DNA from: an uncultured bacterium | GTDB taxonomy: Bacteria; Patescibacteriota; Minisyncoccia; Phycocordibacterales; PALSA-1337 | Direction of reading: 5' to 3' | DNA length: 64,000 nt | Assembly: GCA_963848635.1 (NCBI GenBank) | Contig: CAWKEA010000005.1 | Location: forward strand, 426,810 to 490,809 | In this document: positions 20,253-29,372 of the stretch, in pieces | Layout: each line of letters begins with the position of its first letter | Position numbering within the stretch: the first letter of the stretch is position 1 | Position numbers and translations under genes: made by a program | The notes under the pieces: generated by a model | What the model was told of the DNA's origin: nothing | Seen by the model: only the letters and a program-made list of their open reading frames with translations | Database searches by the model: none

Positions 20253-20627
20253 TTACTTACTTGATCCTTCTAAATATTTCATAGAAGTCCTCGCCGCTGG
20301 ATTAGCCAAAAGCCGCTCATGTTCTATCGGTTCACCGGATATCTCGCATATCCCATAGGTGCCCTTGCTTATCTTTTCCAAAGCACTCTCTATGTCCTTG
20401 AGCTGTTTTTCCAATGAGTCGAGTATCCCTTTGTTGTCCCCAAGCTCTTCCATCTTGTCAGCGAGCTCGTTCTCATCGGCTTTATCTATATCCATGTCGT
20501 TGGAGGTAGCGGAAAAGTCTTTCGGATTTCCGGGGTCTGCACTGCCGACGCTCCGGATCTCTTCTTCTAAGAGAGATTTCTCCGTCTCCAATTTCTTTTT
20601 GAAAAATTCCGTGTCTTTTTTATTCAT
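20253..20627 (-). CDS. DksA/TraR family protein
   Basis: Coiled coil then ALEKI..GTYGICE.SGEPI..ERL.A.P.A. Confidence 0.8.
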   Translation of the reverse strand: MNKKDTEFFKKKLETEKSLLEEEIRSVGSADPGNPKDFSATSNDMDIDKADENELADKMEELGDNKGILDSLEKQLKDIESALEKISKGTYGICEISGEPIEHERLLANPAARTSMKYLEGSSK

Positions 20628-20642
20628 AATGGTACATCTATG

Positions 20643-21608
20643 CTATCGTATAAACGTCTGCTTTTCAAGTCTATTGATAATCTCGGCCAAGGCTTTCTCG
20701 TCGGTCGTAATGACTATAGTGTCATTATTGATGAATGAGTACAGCAAAAGCACGGTTCCGTTGGGCTGAGTGAATGCTCGAACGTCCTTATTTTCAGCCA
20801 CGCCGTCTTCGAAACTGCCTTGTATAAAGTATGAAGCGAGCGTATCCGTGCCGTTCTCCTCAGCCAATTTGTCGGCGTAGCCGAATATATTCATAAAATC
20901 TTCCGGCATCGTAGTTTCCCATGTGATCATGCCAGCATAGGCATTTTGGAAAAAATTGTCCGTCAAAATGATGAAAGGAGCGGCTGTGCCGTTATCATCA
21001 TATGTTCCAAGCATCCATGCGTTATTTAAAGATCTTGATAGGATGTCAGGTGCGGATAGACCGAGCAGTGATATAAAATCGCCTGCATTGATGATGCTCT
21101 CAGTCCCGGTGGCCGCTTTTGTAACCAGTATGATCTCTGCTATCGAACCGTCATTATTCCCGACTTTCGATAGAGCATTTTCTACCGCGACTCTCGCCTT
21201 CCCTGGGTCCAAGCCTGTGACCTCAAGGGTTTTTTGTGTATCGGGCGCAATGATGCTTGGAATGACAGTCGACTCCGCAACTACGGGAGCCGATGGAGCC
21301 AGAGGGCTTTGCAGATAGAAATAATAAGCTCCGCCGATTCCGAGGATGACAAGAGCAATGCTTGCGATGATTATGTATATTTTTTTACCAAAGCTCCCTG
21401 ATTTGTTTTTCAGCTCAGCAGGAGCTTTTTTTGTCTGTTCGGCTATGACGATAGAAGCAACGGAAGTGTTTTTATTCTCAATAGCTTCCTGTATATCGCC
21501 TTCAAGCGTACGCAAGGCTTTTTGCCGCGTATAAACCTGTTTTTTGCGCTCTTCTTCGCTTGTTTGCTCGGTCAGCGCATTTAGTGGATGTTCTTCTTCC
21601 GGATTCAT
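20643..21608 (-). CDS. Single-pass membrane hypothetical protein
   Basis: 321-aa ORF with one TM helix. Confidence 0.6.
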   Translation of the reverse strand: MNPEEEHPLNALTEQTSEEERKKQVYTRQKALRTLEGDIQEAIENKNTSVASIVIAEQTKKAPAELKNKSGSFGKKIYIIIASIALVILGIGGAYYFYLQSPLAPSAPVVAESTVIPSIIAPDTQKTLEVTGLDPGKARVAVENALSKVGNNDGSIAEIILVTKAATGTESIINAGDFISLLGLSAPDILSRSLNNAWMLGTYDDNGTAAPFIILTDNFFQNAYAGMITWETTMPEDFMNIFGYADKLAEENGTDTLASYFIQGSFEDGVAENKDVRAFTQPNGTVLLLYSFINNDTIVITTDEKALAEIINRLEKQTFIR

Positions 21609-21822
21609 GCTGGTTATTATATCCTATCGTCGGTTTTTCATAGAATCGAGATTTCTTCAGTCGATGATAAAAAATCCATCAGCGGTATCCTTGATGTCTT
21701 GCAGAAAAGCTCCGAGACATAGTGCATGTATAATAAATTACGATACTTTCGGATGGCACTACGCGAGCGAAAGCAAACTGATATGGATGTGGCCGCCAGA
21801 CAAAGGAGATGGAAAGAAGTCT

Positions 21823-22341
21823 CTATTTCCTGCCGCCTGTTCGCATTATGTATTTACTGGCATTCTGATCGAGATCGGTGAAATGGTCTGTTGCTTCGAT
21901 GAGCTTGGCCGAGGTTGATTTGCCAAACGAGACGACTTCAACCTGGCATCCATTGCCCTGGAGATATTTGACGAGCGGTATGAAGTCGCCATCGCCTGCG
22001 ACGATGATGACCGTGTCGAGCTTTGGTGCGAGGCAGACTGCATCGATTGCCAAGCCGACGTCCCAGTCGGCTTTTTTTGCACCTGATCCGAAAATCTGCA
22101 AATCTTTTATCTTTGTTTCGATGCCCATATTGTTCAAGGCATCAAAAAAAGCGTTTTCCTCACCCGATTCAGTGGCTATGACATAAGCCATGGCCCGTAC
22201 GAGCCTGCGGCCAGCGAGGGCATCCTTTACTATCTGGCCGAAATTGACCCGCGCTCGGTAGAGATTTTTTGCGCTGTGATACAGATTCTGCGCGTCGATG
22301 AAAATTCCGACGCGCTGTTCTTTGTGTTTTATGACTGACAT
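21823..22341 (-). CDS. NYN domain (LabA/DUF88) protein
   Basis: FIDAQN, DWDVGLAID, GDGDF PIN-like acidic motifs. Confidence 0.9.
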   Translation of the reverse strand: MSVIKHKEQRVGIFIDAQNLYHSAKNLYRARVNFGQIVKDALAGRRLVRAMAYVIATESGEENAFFDALNNMGIETKIKDLQIFGSGAKKADWDVGLAIDAVCLAPKLDTVIIVAGDGDFIPLVKYLQGNGCQVEVVSFGKSTSAKLIEATDHFTDLDQNASKYIMRTGGRK

Positions 22342-22483
22342 TAAAATTATTTCTTAAATCTTATAAAAATGCTCGAGTGGCCTCGAGCCGGTAAAGTCCT
22401 TGAAGTCGTAAAGTCTGTAAAGCGAATGCAAGCATTCCTGACTTTATGGACTTTATAAACTTTTTGACTTTATAGACTGCTAT

Positions 22484-22750
22484 CTATTTCTTCAAATCGA
22501 GCTTCTTCACGATGACGGAATAGCGCTTTGGAGACTTCTTCTTCAAGTAGTTCAAATGCGACTGGCGGTCGGCGACCATGCCCAAAAGACCGCGGCGAGA
22601 GTGGTTGTCTTTCTTGTGCTTCTTGAGATGATCAGCCAATTCATCGATCCTTTTCGAGAGGATGGCGACCTGGACCTCAGGCGAGCCTGTGTCCTTGTCG
22701 TGAATGGCTGTCTCCTTGATTATCTTTGCCTTTTGTTTTACTGAAATCAT
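22484..22750 (-). CDS. rpsO: 30S ribosomal protein S15
   Basis: [24 protein letters not shown]; start moved to MISVK. Confidence 0.96.
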   Translation of the reverse strand: MISVKQKAKIIKETAIHDKDTGSPEVQVAILSKRIDELADHLKKHKKDNHSRRGLLGMVADRQSHLNYLKKKSPKRYSVIVKKLDLKK

Positions 22751-23235
22751 TGTGCCGTCTACGATAGCATGAAAAGGTTTTTCGTGCAAATTCGACTTTA
22801 AATGCACTTTAAAAATGGAAAAATATTAATTTTGATGTGCTTTACGTCGTTTTAACTCCTCAACCGCAAGGTTTCGGTTCTCTGCTTATCCTAAACACAA
22901 AATATAATCGCAAAATTTATCCGTGCCACCCATGGAGGTGTCTTTTTTGAGGCATGTTTACAATGTATATACATTGTAAACAACAGTAAAAAAGATATGC
23001 CACCACCCCATGGACTTCATTGATTAGTTCAAGTGGAACTGATTGACATTGCTAATGTCCGACCTTCGTATTACTGCACTTGTTATATTGGATTCAAAAT
23101 GAATCCAATAATTCTGTGAAGGAAAAGTGGTAATAAGTCGCATAGAAGATTGCCAAGATCACCTCTATATATTAATCAGACACTTATTCTTCTCTTCAAA
23201 AAGATGACAAGAAAATTGTCGACTTTTGAAAACAC

Positions 23236-23279
23236 ATAAAAATAATTGCCTCCCCCGAGAACTTTCTCAAGGGAGGCAA
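23236..23279 (-). terminator. Rho-independent terminator
   Basis: TTGCCTCCC...GGGAGGCAA stem followed by a U-rich tract on the minus strand. Confidence 0.65.
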
Positions 23280-23292
23280 GCCGTCGTCGAGG

Positions 23293-23466
23293 CTACTGGG
23301 TCCCGAGACAGGCGGCGCCGGCGGCCGAGATGCTTTCGTCAGAGATATTCATGGCATTCGGATGGGCCGTGGCGTCGGTGCCGGTGGCCGTGGTGGCGAC
23401 ATTTTTGCGGGAGATCTTCAGGTAATCCAATACGTTCGTACCGATGTTCTTCGGAGGACTCTTCAT
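23293..23466 (-). CDS. Small orphan protein (57 aa)
   Basis: Hand-translated MKSPPKNIGTNVLDYLKISRKNVATTATGTDATAHPNAMNISDESISAAGAACLGTQ; AAGGA RBS upstream, terminator downstream. Confidence 0.5.
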   Translation of the reverse strand: MKSPPKNIGTNVLDYLKISRKNVATTATGTDATAHPNAMNISDESISAAGAACLGTQ

Positions 23467-23651
23467 TTTTTCCTTTTTGTTGTGCCAATTTAATGGCTGG
23501 TTAATCCGTGCCGGATGATCAATACCAATACTTCTCGCGCCACTCAGCGCGATGTAACGAAGCTCTGTTAAAGGTCATCCTGCCGATATCATAGCACACC
23601 CATTTTTATTGTCAAGTATCTAAAAATATTGTCTCGTCTTACAATAAATCT

Positions 23652-24638
23652 ATGTCGTACAATATCAAAGACCTCAAACAGCAGTTTCTTGAATATATGG
23701 AGATAGAAAAAGGGCGTTCGCTCCGGACGATCATCAATTACGACCATTATATTTCGCGTTTTTTGGATTATGGGAAGGTCAAAGGTGTAGATGATATTAG
23801 CGAGAGCCTTGTCCGTGAGTATCGCCTCTGGCTTAATCGCCAATTGACCGGTCGAAATAAGGCAGATAAGAGCGAAAGTCTTAAAAAGAGGACGCAAAAC
23901 TATCATCTCATCGCTCTGCGCGCTTTTCTCCGATTTCTCGCCAAGCGCAACATAAAAAGCCTGTCGCCCGAGCATATCGAACTCGCAAAGCTCGGCGAGC
24001 GGCATCTTGACCTCATCACACCAGAAGAATTGCGCTCTTTACTCGAAGCACCCGAGAAAATGGTCGACAAAAAATCCGGCAAGATTTCTAACAATCCGCC
24101 AGCTGGTGGCGCCAAAGACGACGAGCTCAAGTCTCTGCGCGACAAGGCCATCCTCGAGCTCCTCTTTTCCACAGGTCTGCGCGTTTCCGAGCTCTGTTCC
24201 CTCACCCGCGACCTCAATCTCAATGCTGACAGCTTCCCTATCCGGGGCAAGGGCGACAAAGTGCGCGTCGTTTTCATCTCCGACGATGCAAAAAATGCCC
24301 TCAAAAAATATCTTGCCAAGCGAGTCGATGTAGACGATGCCCTCTTTATCCGTTTCAATAAGGAAAAGTCCCGCGCCGGCGACCTTGCCCTCGACAAGCG
24401 CTCTATCGAGCGGATCGTGAAGCAGAACGCCATAAAAGCCGGCATCTCAAAGAAAGTCACTCCGCACGTCATTCGTCACTCTTTTGCCACCGATCTCCTC
24501 TCAAATGGTGCCGACCTCCGCTCCGTTCAAATGCTGCTTGGTCATGCGAATATCTCGACGACGCAGATCTATACTCATGTCACTGATACTCAACTTCGCG
24601 ATGTCCACAAGAAGTTTCATGATAAGGGGAGGAAGTAA
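23652..24638 (+). CDS. XerC/XerD-family tyrosine recombinase
   Basis: TGLRVSEL, GKGDK, HVIRHSFAT, LGHANISTTQIY catalytic set intact. Confidence 0.92.
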   Translation: MSYNIKDLKQQFLEYMEIEKGRSLRTIINYDHYISRFLDYGKVKGVDDISESLVREYRLWLNRQLTGRNKADKSESLKKRTQNYHLIALRAFLRFLAKRNIKSLSPEHIELAKLGERHLDLITPEELRSLLEAPEKMVDKKSGKISNNPPAGGAKDDELKSLRDKAILELLFSTGLRVSELCSLTRDLNLNADSFPIRGKGDKVRVVFISDDAKNALKKYLAKRVDVDDALFIRFNKEKSRAGDLALDKRSIERIVKQNAIKAGISKKVTPHVIRHSFATDLLSNGADLRSVQMLLGHANISTTQIYTHVTDTQLRDVHKKFHDKGRK

Positions 24639-24738
24639 TTTACACATTTGTCTAGTCCAAATATTTTATGATTAGCATATCATTAGACATCGCCTGCACC
24701 ATATTGGTCAATTGACCAATATGGTTTCCGTATCATGT

Positions 24739-25506
24739 TTATAACTTATGGATTTTATTTTGCTTCTTGCCTATCGCACGTACTTCCCTCTTCAATTCCC
24801 TGATATGTTTCTCTGACTTTAGATTTTCCGGCATTTCACTACCCAATTCGCCCATCGTTTGTCTCACTTTCTTGCCAACATCGAAATGAGTTTTCCTTGA
24901 ATCAATATCTCCATGTATATTTTCGCGTTTCAATTTTGCTTCGGTTTGAGTGATTCTAAAAATATTCGCACCGAGTTCTTCTGAACCCATATGATCAAGT
25001 AATTTACCTTTCGGTACGTTTTTCTTTGTTTCAACTTGCGCAAGGGGCATTTCGTATAGCCCTTTGTATCCTGCATCGTTGAAAAGACCAAAGTTTGAAA
25101 CCCCAGCTTGTTTGGCGGCGCTAAACAACATTTTATTTTTATCTGTGGCCTCCTGACGTTTACGTAGTCTTTTTTCTGCTTCTGGCAATGAATCAAGTAT
25201 CTCTTGCTTGCGAGTTTGAATTGCAAAGTAAGTTTGAGCCATGGCGATCTCTTGTTTTGTTGGATCTCCATTCTGTGCAATCAAATAGCATGCGAACCTA
25301 CTTAGTTTAAAATCGTCAAGTCTTCTAACGATTCCGTGGCCTATTTGCGTCATTTTACTGATATCAGTAAAATGATCCTGCGGAAATTGTCTGCCATTAA
25401 TACAAGCTTGCTTGGCCTTCTTTATGACATTCTCAAAGAATTGCCATTTAGCATAACCAAGAATTGGATATAGTTCTCTCGCATCATTGAGGATGAGACT
25501 ATCCAC
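24739..25506 (-). CDS. dinD: DNA damage-inducible protein D-like (N-terminus short or truncated)
   Basis: ARELYPILGY..W, LSRFACYLIAQNGDP.K..IA.AQTYFAIQTR, DHMGSEEL.AN.FRITQ; only a GTG start, close to the first motif. Confidence 0.8.
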   Translation of the reverse strand: MDSLILNDARELYPILGYAKWQFFENVIKKAKQACINGRQFPQDHFTDISKMTQIGHGIVRRLDDFKLSRFACYLIAQNGDPTKQEIAMAQTYFAIQTRKQEILDSLPEAEKRLRKRQEATDKNKMLFSAAKQAGVSNFGLFNDAGYKGLYEMPLAQVETKKNVPKGKLLDHMGSEELGANIFRITQTEAKLKRENIHGDIDSRKTHFDVGKKVRQTMGELGSEMPENLKSEKHIRELKREVRAIGKKQNKIHKL

Positions 25507-25601
25507 AACATGATGCGGCTTATATTCGAGTTGTCTTGGAAATCAAGTGATGTGAAGAAATAATTCGCAACCAACTTCCCTATTTCTGCTATTATATCCA
25601 C

Positions 25602-26399
25602 ATGAAAATAATTTCCTGGAACGTGAACGGCATTCGCGCGGTGGTTAAAAAGGGCTTGTTTGCTCCGTTTGTTGAAAAGTATCGGCCGGATATCCTGTGC
25701 TTGCAGGAAACAAAGGCTGAAAAGGGCCAGGCGATCATAGATATGCCCGGCTACGAGGAATATTGGAATTCTGCAGTGAAAAAGGGCTATTCTGGTACGG
25801 CGATTTTTACTAAGATGAAGCCGATTGCAGTCATAAACGGTCTGCCGGACAAGATTTGCGAGAAATACGGCCTTGTTGCTGACGAATATGGCGATCCTAG
25901 GACTGAAGGCCGCGTTATTGCCGCTGAATTCGAGGATTTCTATGTTGTTACTGTCTACACTCCGAACGCAAAGGACGACCTGTCACGCATTCCCCTTCGC
26001 CACAAGCAATGGGACCCTGCTTTCCTTGCCTATTGCAAAGATCTGGAAAAAAAGAAGCCAGTCGTTTTTTGTGGCGATTTGAATGTTGCGCACACACCAG
26101 ATGATCTCGCGCGTCCAAAAGAAAATGAAGGTGTGAAAGGTTTTACATCGGAAGAACGTGAAGGTTTTCAAAAATTCATAGACGCTGGATTCATCGATAC
26201 GCTTAGAATTTTCCATAAAGGAAATGGTTTTTACACGTGGTGGTCGCACTTTGCAAATGCTAGGGCAAGGAATGTCGGTTGGAGAATCGATTATTTTCTT
26301 GTCTCAAATGTGTTGAAGAATAAGGTCAAAACAGCGGAGATTCACCCGGAAGTCTTGGGTTCGGATCATTGTCCAATAGAATTAGCGTTAGATTTTTAA
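25602..26399 (+). CDS. xth: Exodeoxyribonuclease III (AP endonuclease)
   Basis: MKIISWNVNG, LCLQETK, GDLNVAH, GWRIDYF, GSDHCP. Confidence 0.95.
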   Translation: MKIISWNVNGIRAVVKKGLFAPFVEKYRPDILCLQETKAEKGQAIIDMPGYEEYWNSAVKKGYSGTAIFTKMKPIAVINGLPDKICEKYGLVADEYGDPRTEGRVIAAEFEDFYVVTVYTPNAKDDLSRIPLRHKQWDPAFLAYCKDLEKKKPVVFCGDLNVAHTPDDLARPKENEGVKGFTSEEREGFQKFIDAGFIDTLRIFHKGNGFYTWWSHFANARARNVGWRIDYFLVSNVLKNKVKTAEIHPEVLGSDHCPIELALDF

Positions 26400-26899
26400 A
26401 GGACGTTATTACCAGGTTAGTTATCCACAGTCATGTCCTTTACAATGTCCTTTAAAGAAGTAATATAAAGGACAGATCGGCAGCGCTCAACCGAGGAATA
26501 GCGCAAAGCCGCAGTACATTAAAGTTCAAAGGGTAGTAGTTTCAGGAAAATCGTCCCCATTTAAGAACAGTAACAAGCTAGTCCTTCTGAGGGTGTTTCT
26601 CATGTAACATCCCTTCTCAAGTAATTTATATTTTTTGTTGGTGATGCATTATGTGCGTCACTCAAAGATCGGACATAGCAAGTTCTTGTTCAAAACCGCG
26701 TTTGTGCGACCATCTGCCGCATATCAACGCGGTTTTTCTTTTCCTTATTATTTAACGTTAGATTAAATTAATCGATTATGAATAATTGAGAGCCCCAAAG
26801 TGTATATAAACAAAAACAGCCTTGTGTAGCCATATTTCGCATAGATTCACAAGAAACAATTCTTGTACTATATTTCACGTGAAACGTAAAATATGCCTA

Positions 26900-26959
26900 T
26901 TTCGACAAGCGAAGAGCGACGTGGTCGCTTGCGAACATGGCGTCTGAGCGAAGTCGAAA
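26900..26959 (+). repeat. Solo REP-like structured element (homolog of 31368-31570 units)
   Basis: TTCGACAAGCGAAGAGC...GTGGTCGCTTGCGAACA...GAGCGAAGTCGAA aligns with reverse complement of the 73-bp repeat. Confidence 0.7.
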
Positions 26960-26970
26960 GAACGTACTCG

Positions 26971-28455
26971 TTATTTCACATGAAACTTACCTCTAATTTC
27001 ATCAATTTTCACCTTATTTGCCTCTTTTTCCTTCATTTTCCCCTCTTTGCCAAGTATTTCAAGCTCTTTTTCACCCAATAAATTAAGTTCGGCTGATCTT
27101 TTTTCGAGATATTCTTTGGTATTCAACGTAGGGTTCTCAAGAACCTCTTCGAGCAAAGCATGAAGAATGGCGCCGATTTTCGGTCCAGGTTCGATTCCAA
27201 GGTGCTTTATAAGCTCGGCACCATTCATTTTCAACATTGAAACCGAGATAGGATCTCGTAAAGCCTCTTCGATCATTGCTTGGTATTTTCTGAACCTATA
27301 AGGGCTTTCCTTGGGCCTACCGGTGCCGATTCGATCGCAAATGCGTAGATTCATGAGATCCCAGATGTTTTCACGTCCGACGTTAATGACCATCCTGCGT
27401 ACTGCAGAGAGGGTAATCTTCTCGGGATCAGAGAAAAACATATGCCATCTAACCAATTTGACCACTTTTTCCGTTGTTTTCATGGGAAACCTCAAACGGT
27501 CCATAATTTTCTTTGTTTCACGTGAACCAACCACTTCGTGACCGTAAAACGTTATTTGATGCGTTTCAGGTGAAACACCTGCTGTATTTGGCTTTGCAAT
27601 GTCATGAAACAGGGCAGCGAGGCGTATTTCCAGAGGCCAATCTTTGTCAGCGGCATGTTGTAGAGATCTCAATAAATGTTCCCAGACCTCATAAGCATGA
27701 GCTTGTGGTTGCTTGACACCAATTGATTGTTCAAGTTCGGGAATGAAATGTTTAAGGAGACCTATTTCATGCATCATCTCTATTCCAGCCTTTGGGTTGT
27801 TCGTCATCAATATCTTTGTGAATTCATCACGGATCCTTTCGAACGATATATGTTTCAATAATTCATTATGGCTCTGTATAGCCTTTTTTGTATCAATGTT
27901 TAATGTGAAACCTAGTTGTGTTGCGAGCCTGACCGCGCGCAACATACGCAGGGCGTCCTCACCGAATCGTTCTATAGGACTGCCCACTGTACGAATGATT
28001 TTGTCCTTTATGTCCTTGAAACCACCATACAGATCTACGATGTCCTTTATTGCCCCATCTGAAAGCCGTATCGCGATCGCGTTGATAGTAAAATCGCGGC
28101 GCTTTAAATCGTCCTCGATATTCTTTGCAAAGATCACTTCATCTGGATGCCGATAATCCTGATATTTTCCTTCGAGACGATACGGAGTTACTTCGATTAA
28201 TCTAACGTTTTCATTGCTCGGATTTTCATATACAACGCCGACAGTTCCGAATGAATTCTCGTAAAATGTTTTTGGGAATAGGGAAATGATGTCTTCTGGT
28301 CGAGCATTTGTCGTTATATCCCAATCTTTCGGGATCAGACCAAGCAGAAGGTCGCGAACGCAGCCACCCACGGGATATGCCTCAAAGCCCTTGCTTTCCA
28401 AGGTTTTAACAGTTTCTATGACTTCGGGTGGTATTGGGCTAGTAATTGATTTCAT
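26971..28455 (-). CDS. cca: CCA tRNA nucleotidyltransferase with HD domain
   Basis: VGGCVRD..KDWDITT, RRDFTINA, EDALRMLRAVR, LFHDIAK; no tRNA in the window encodes CCA. Confidence 0.88.
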   Translation of the reverse strand: MKSITSPIPPEVIETVKTLESKGFEAYPVGGCVRDLLLGLIPKDWDITTNARPEDIISLFPKTFYENSFGTVGVVYENPSNENVRLIEVTPYRLEGKYQDYRHPDEVIFAKNIEDDLKRRDFTINAIAIRLSDGAIKDIVDLYGGFKDIKDKIIRTVGSPIERFGEDALRMLRAVRLATQLGFTLNIDTKKAIQSHNELLKHISFERIRDEFTKILMTNNPKAGIEMMHEIGLLKHFIPELEQSIGVKQPQAHAYEVWEHLLRSLQHAADKDWPLEIRLAALFHDIAKPNTAGVSPETHQITFYGHEVVGSRETKKIMDRLRFPMKTTEKVVKLVRWHMFFSDPEKITLSAVRRMVINVGRENIWDLMNLRICDRIGTGRPKESPYRFRKYQAMIEEALRDPISVSMLKMNGAELIKHLGIEPGPKIGAILHALLEEVLENPTLNTKEYLEKRSAELNLLGEKELEILGKEGKMKEKEANKVKIDEIRGKFHVK

Positions 28456-28483
28456 TAGAACTATAGGATATTATACAAATAAC

Positions 28484-29161
28484 ATGAAAGCAAGGTTAGA
28501 AGATAAATTTAAAGCCATAGAACTAAGGAAGAAAGGCCTTAGTTATAGCGAAATTCAACAGCAAGTGCCTGTATCTAAAGGACTTCTTTCAGGATGGCTG
28601 AAGTATATCAAACTTTCAAGCGAAGAAGAGGAGCATTTAAAAAATATGATAAAGAAAAATCAAGACGCTGGACGCTTGAAGACAATGTTTGCGAATAGAT
28701 CAAGGCGCCTGGCAAGAGAAAAGATTGCTGAGTCTGACGCTGAAGTACTTTTCAAAAAATATATGATCGATCCAGCCTTCATTATTGGTATTGCTTTGTA
28801 TTGGGCAGAAGGCGGCAAGAAATCAGGATGTTTTCAGTTTGTTAATTCTGATCAAGATATGATCTTATTTATGTATAAATGGATACAAAAATTTTTAAAC
28901 ATTCAAACCAATGAAATAAAATGTCGCCTCTATATCCATGCAATACCAGGGTATAAAGATAGTGAGAAGAATTGGTCAAAAAAGCTAGGAATAGAGCCTC
29001 AAATTCTCCAAAAAACAATATATAAGAAAACCAGATATGTTGTAAAGAAAAATCCTGAATACCAAGGATGTTTCCGATTGAATATTGGAAGAATATATAC
29101 TTTAAGGCTTATGAAAGCTTGGCAAAAGCTGTTAATAACGTATTATGGAGCAAGTGTTTGA
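28484..29161 (+). CDS. HTH + LAGLIDADG-like hypothetical protein (tRNA-adjacent)
   Basis: N-terminal HTH (LRKKGLSYSEI...SKGLLSGW), GIALYWAEG..FVNSD motif; ends 6 bp before tRNA-Arg; start moved to MKARL. Confidence 0.65.
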   Translation: MKARLEDKFKAIELRKKGLSYSEIQQQVPVSKGLLSGWLKYIKLSSEEEEHLKNMIKKNQDAGRLKTMFANRSRRLAREKIAESDAEVLFKKYMIDPAFIIGIALYWAEGGKKSGCFQFVNSDQDMILFMYKWIQKFLNIQTNEIKCRLYIHAIPGYKDSEKNWSKKLGIEPQILQKTIYKKTRYVVKKNPEYQGCFRLNIGRIYTLRLMKAWQKLLITYYGASV

Positions 29162-29167
29162 GTTAAT

Positions 29168-29240
29168 GCGCCCGTGGCTCAATGGATAGAGCACTTGGCT
29201 TCGGACCAAGGGGTTGGGGGTTCGAGTCCCTCCGGGCGCA
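29168..29240 (+). tRNA. tRNA-Arg(TCG)
   Basis: Cloverleaf; anticodon arm CTTGG-CTTCGGA-CCAAG; GGTTCGAGTCC. Confidence 0.95.
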
Positions 29241-29301
29241 CAAAGATTTTGTAAAAATTAAGTTTTAAGTTATACTGTCGAAGTTATTGTTTTGCATATA
29301 T

Positions 29302-29372
29302 GCGGGTATCGTTTAGTGGTAGGACGCGTCCTTGCCAAGGACGAGGTGGGAGTTCGATTCTCCCTACCCGCA
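29302..29372 (+). tRNA. tRNA-Gly(GCC)
   Basis: Cloverleaf; CGTCC-TTGCCAA-GGACG; GTTCGATTC. Confidence 0.95.

Noticed and set aside
22955-22982. Chromosomal dif site
   Set aside because: No match to the XerC/XerD arm consensus, and the region is origin-proximal; kept only as an unexplained palindrome
26478-26512. c-di-GMP-I riboswitch (GCAAAGCC)
   Set aside because: Lacks the GGCAAA and GAAA-tetraloop elements, and no downstream gene is positioned to be regulated
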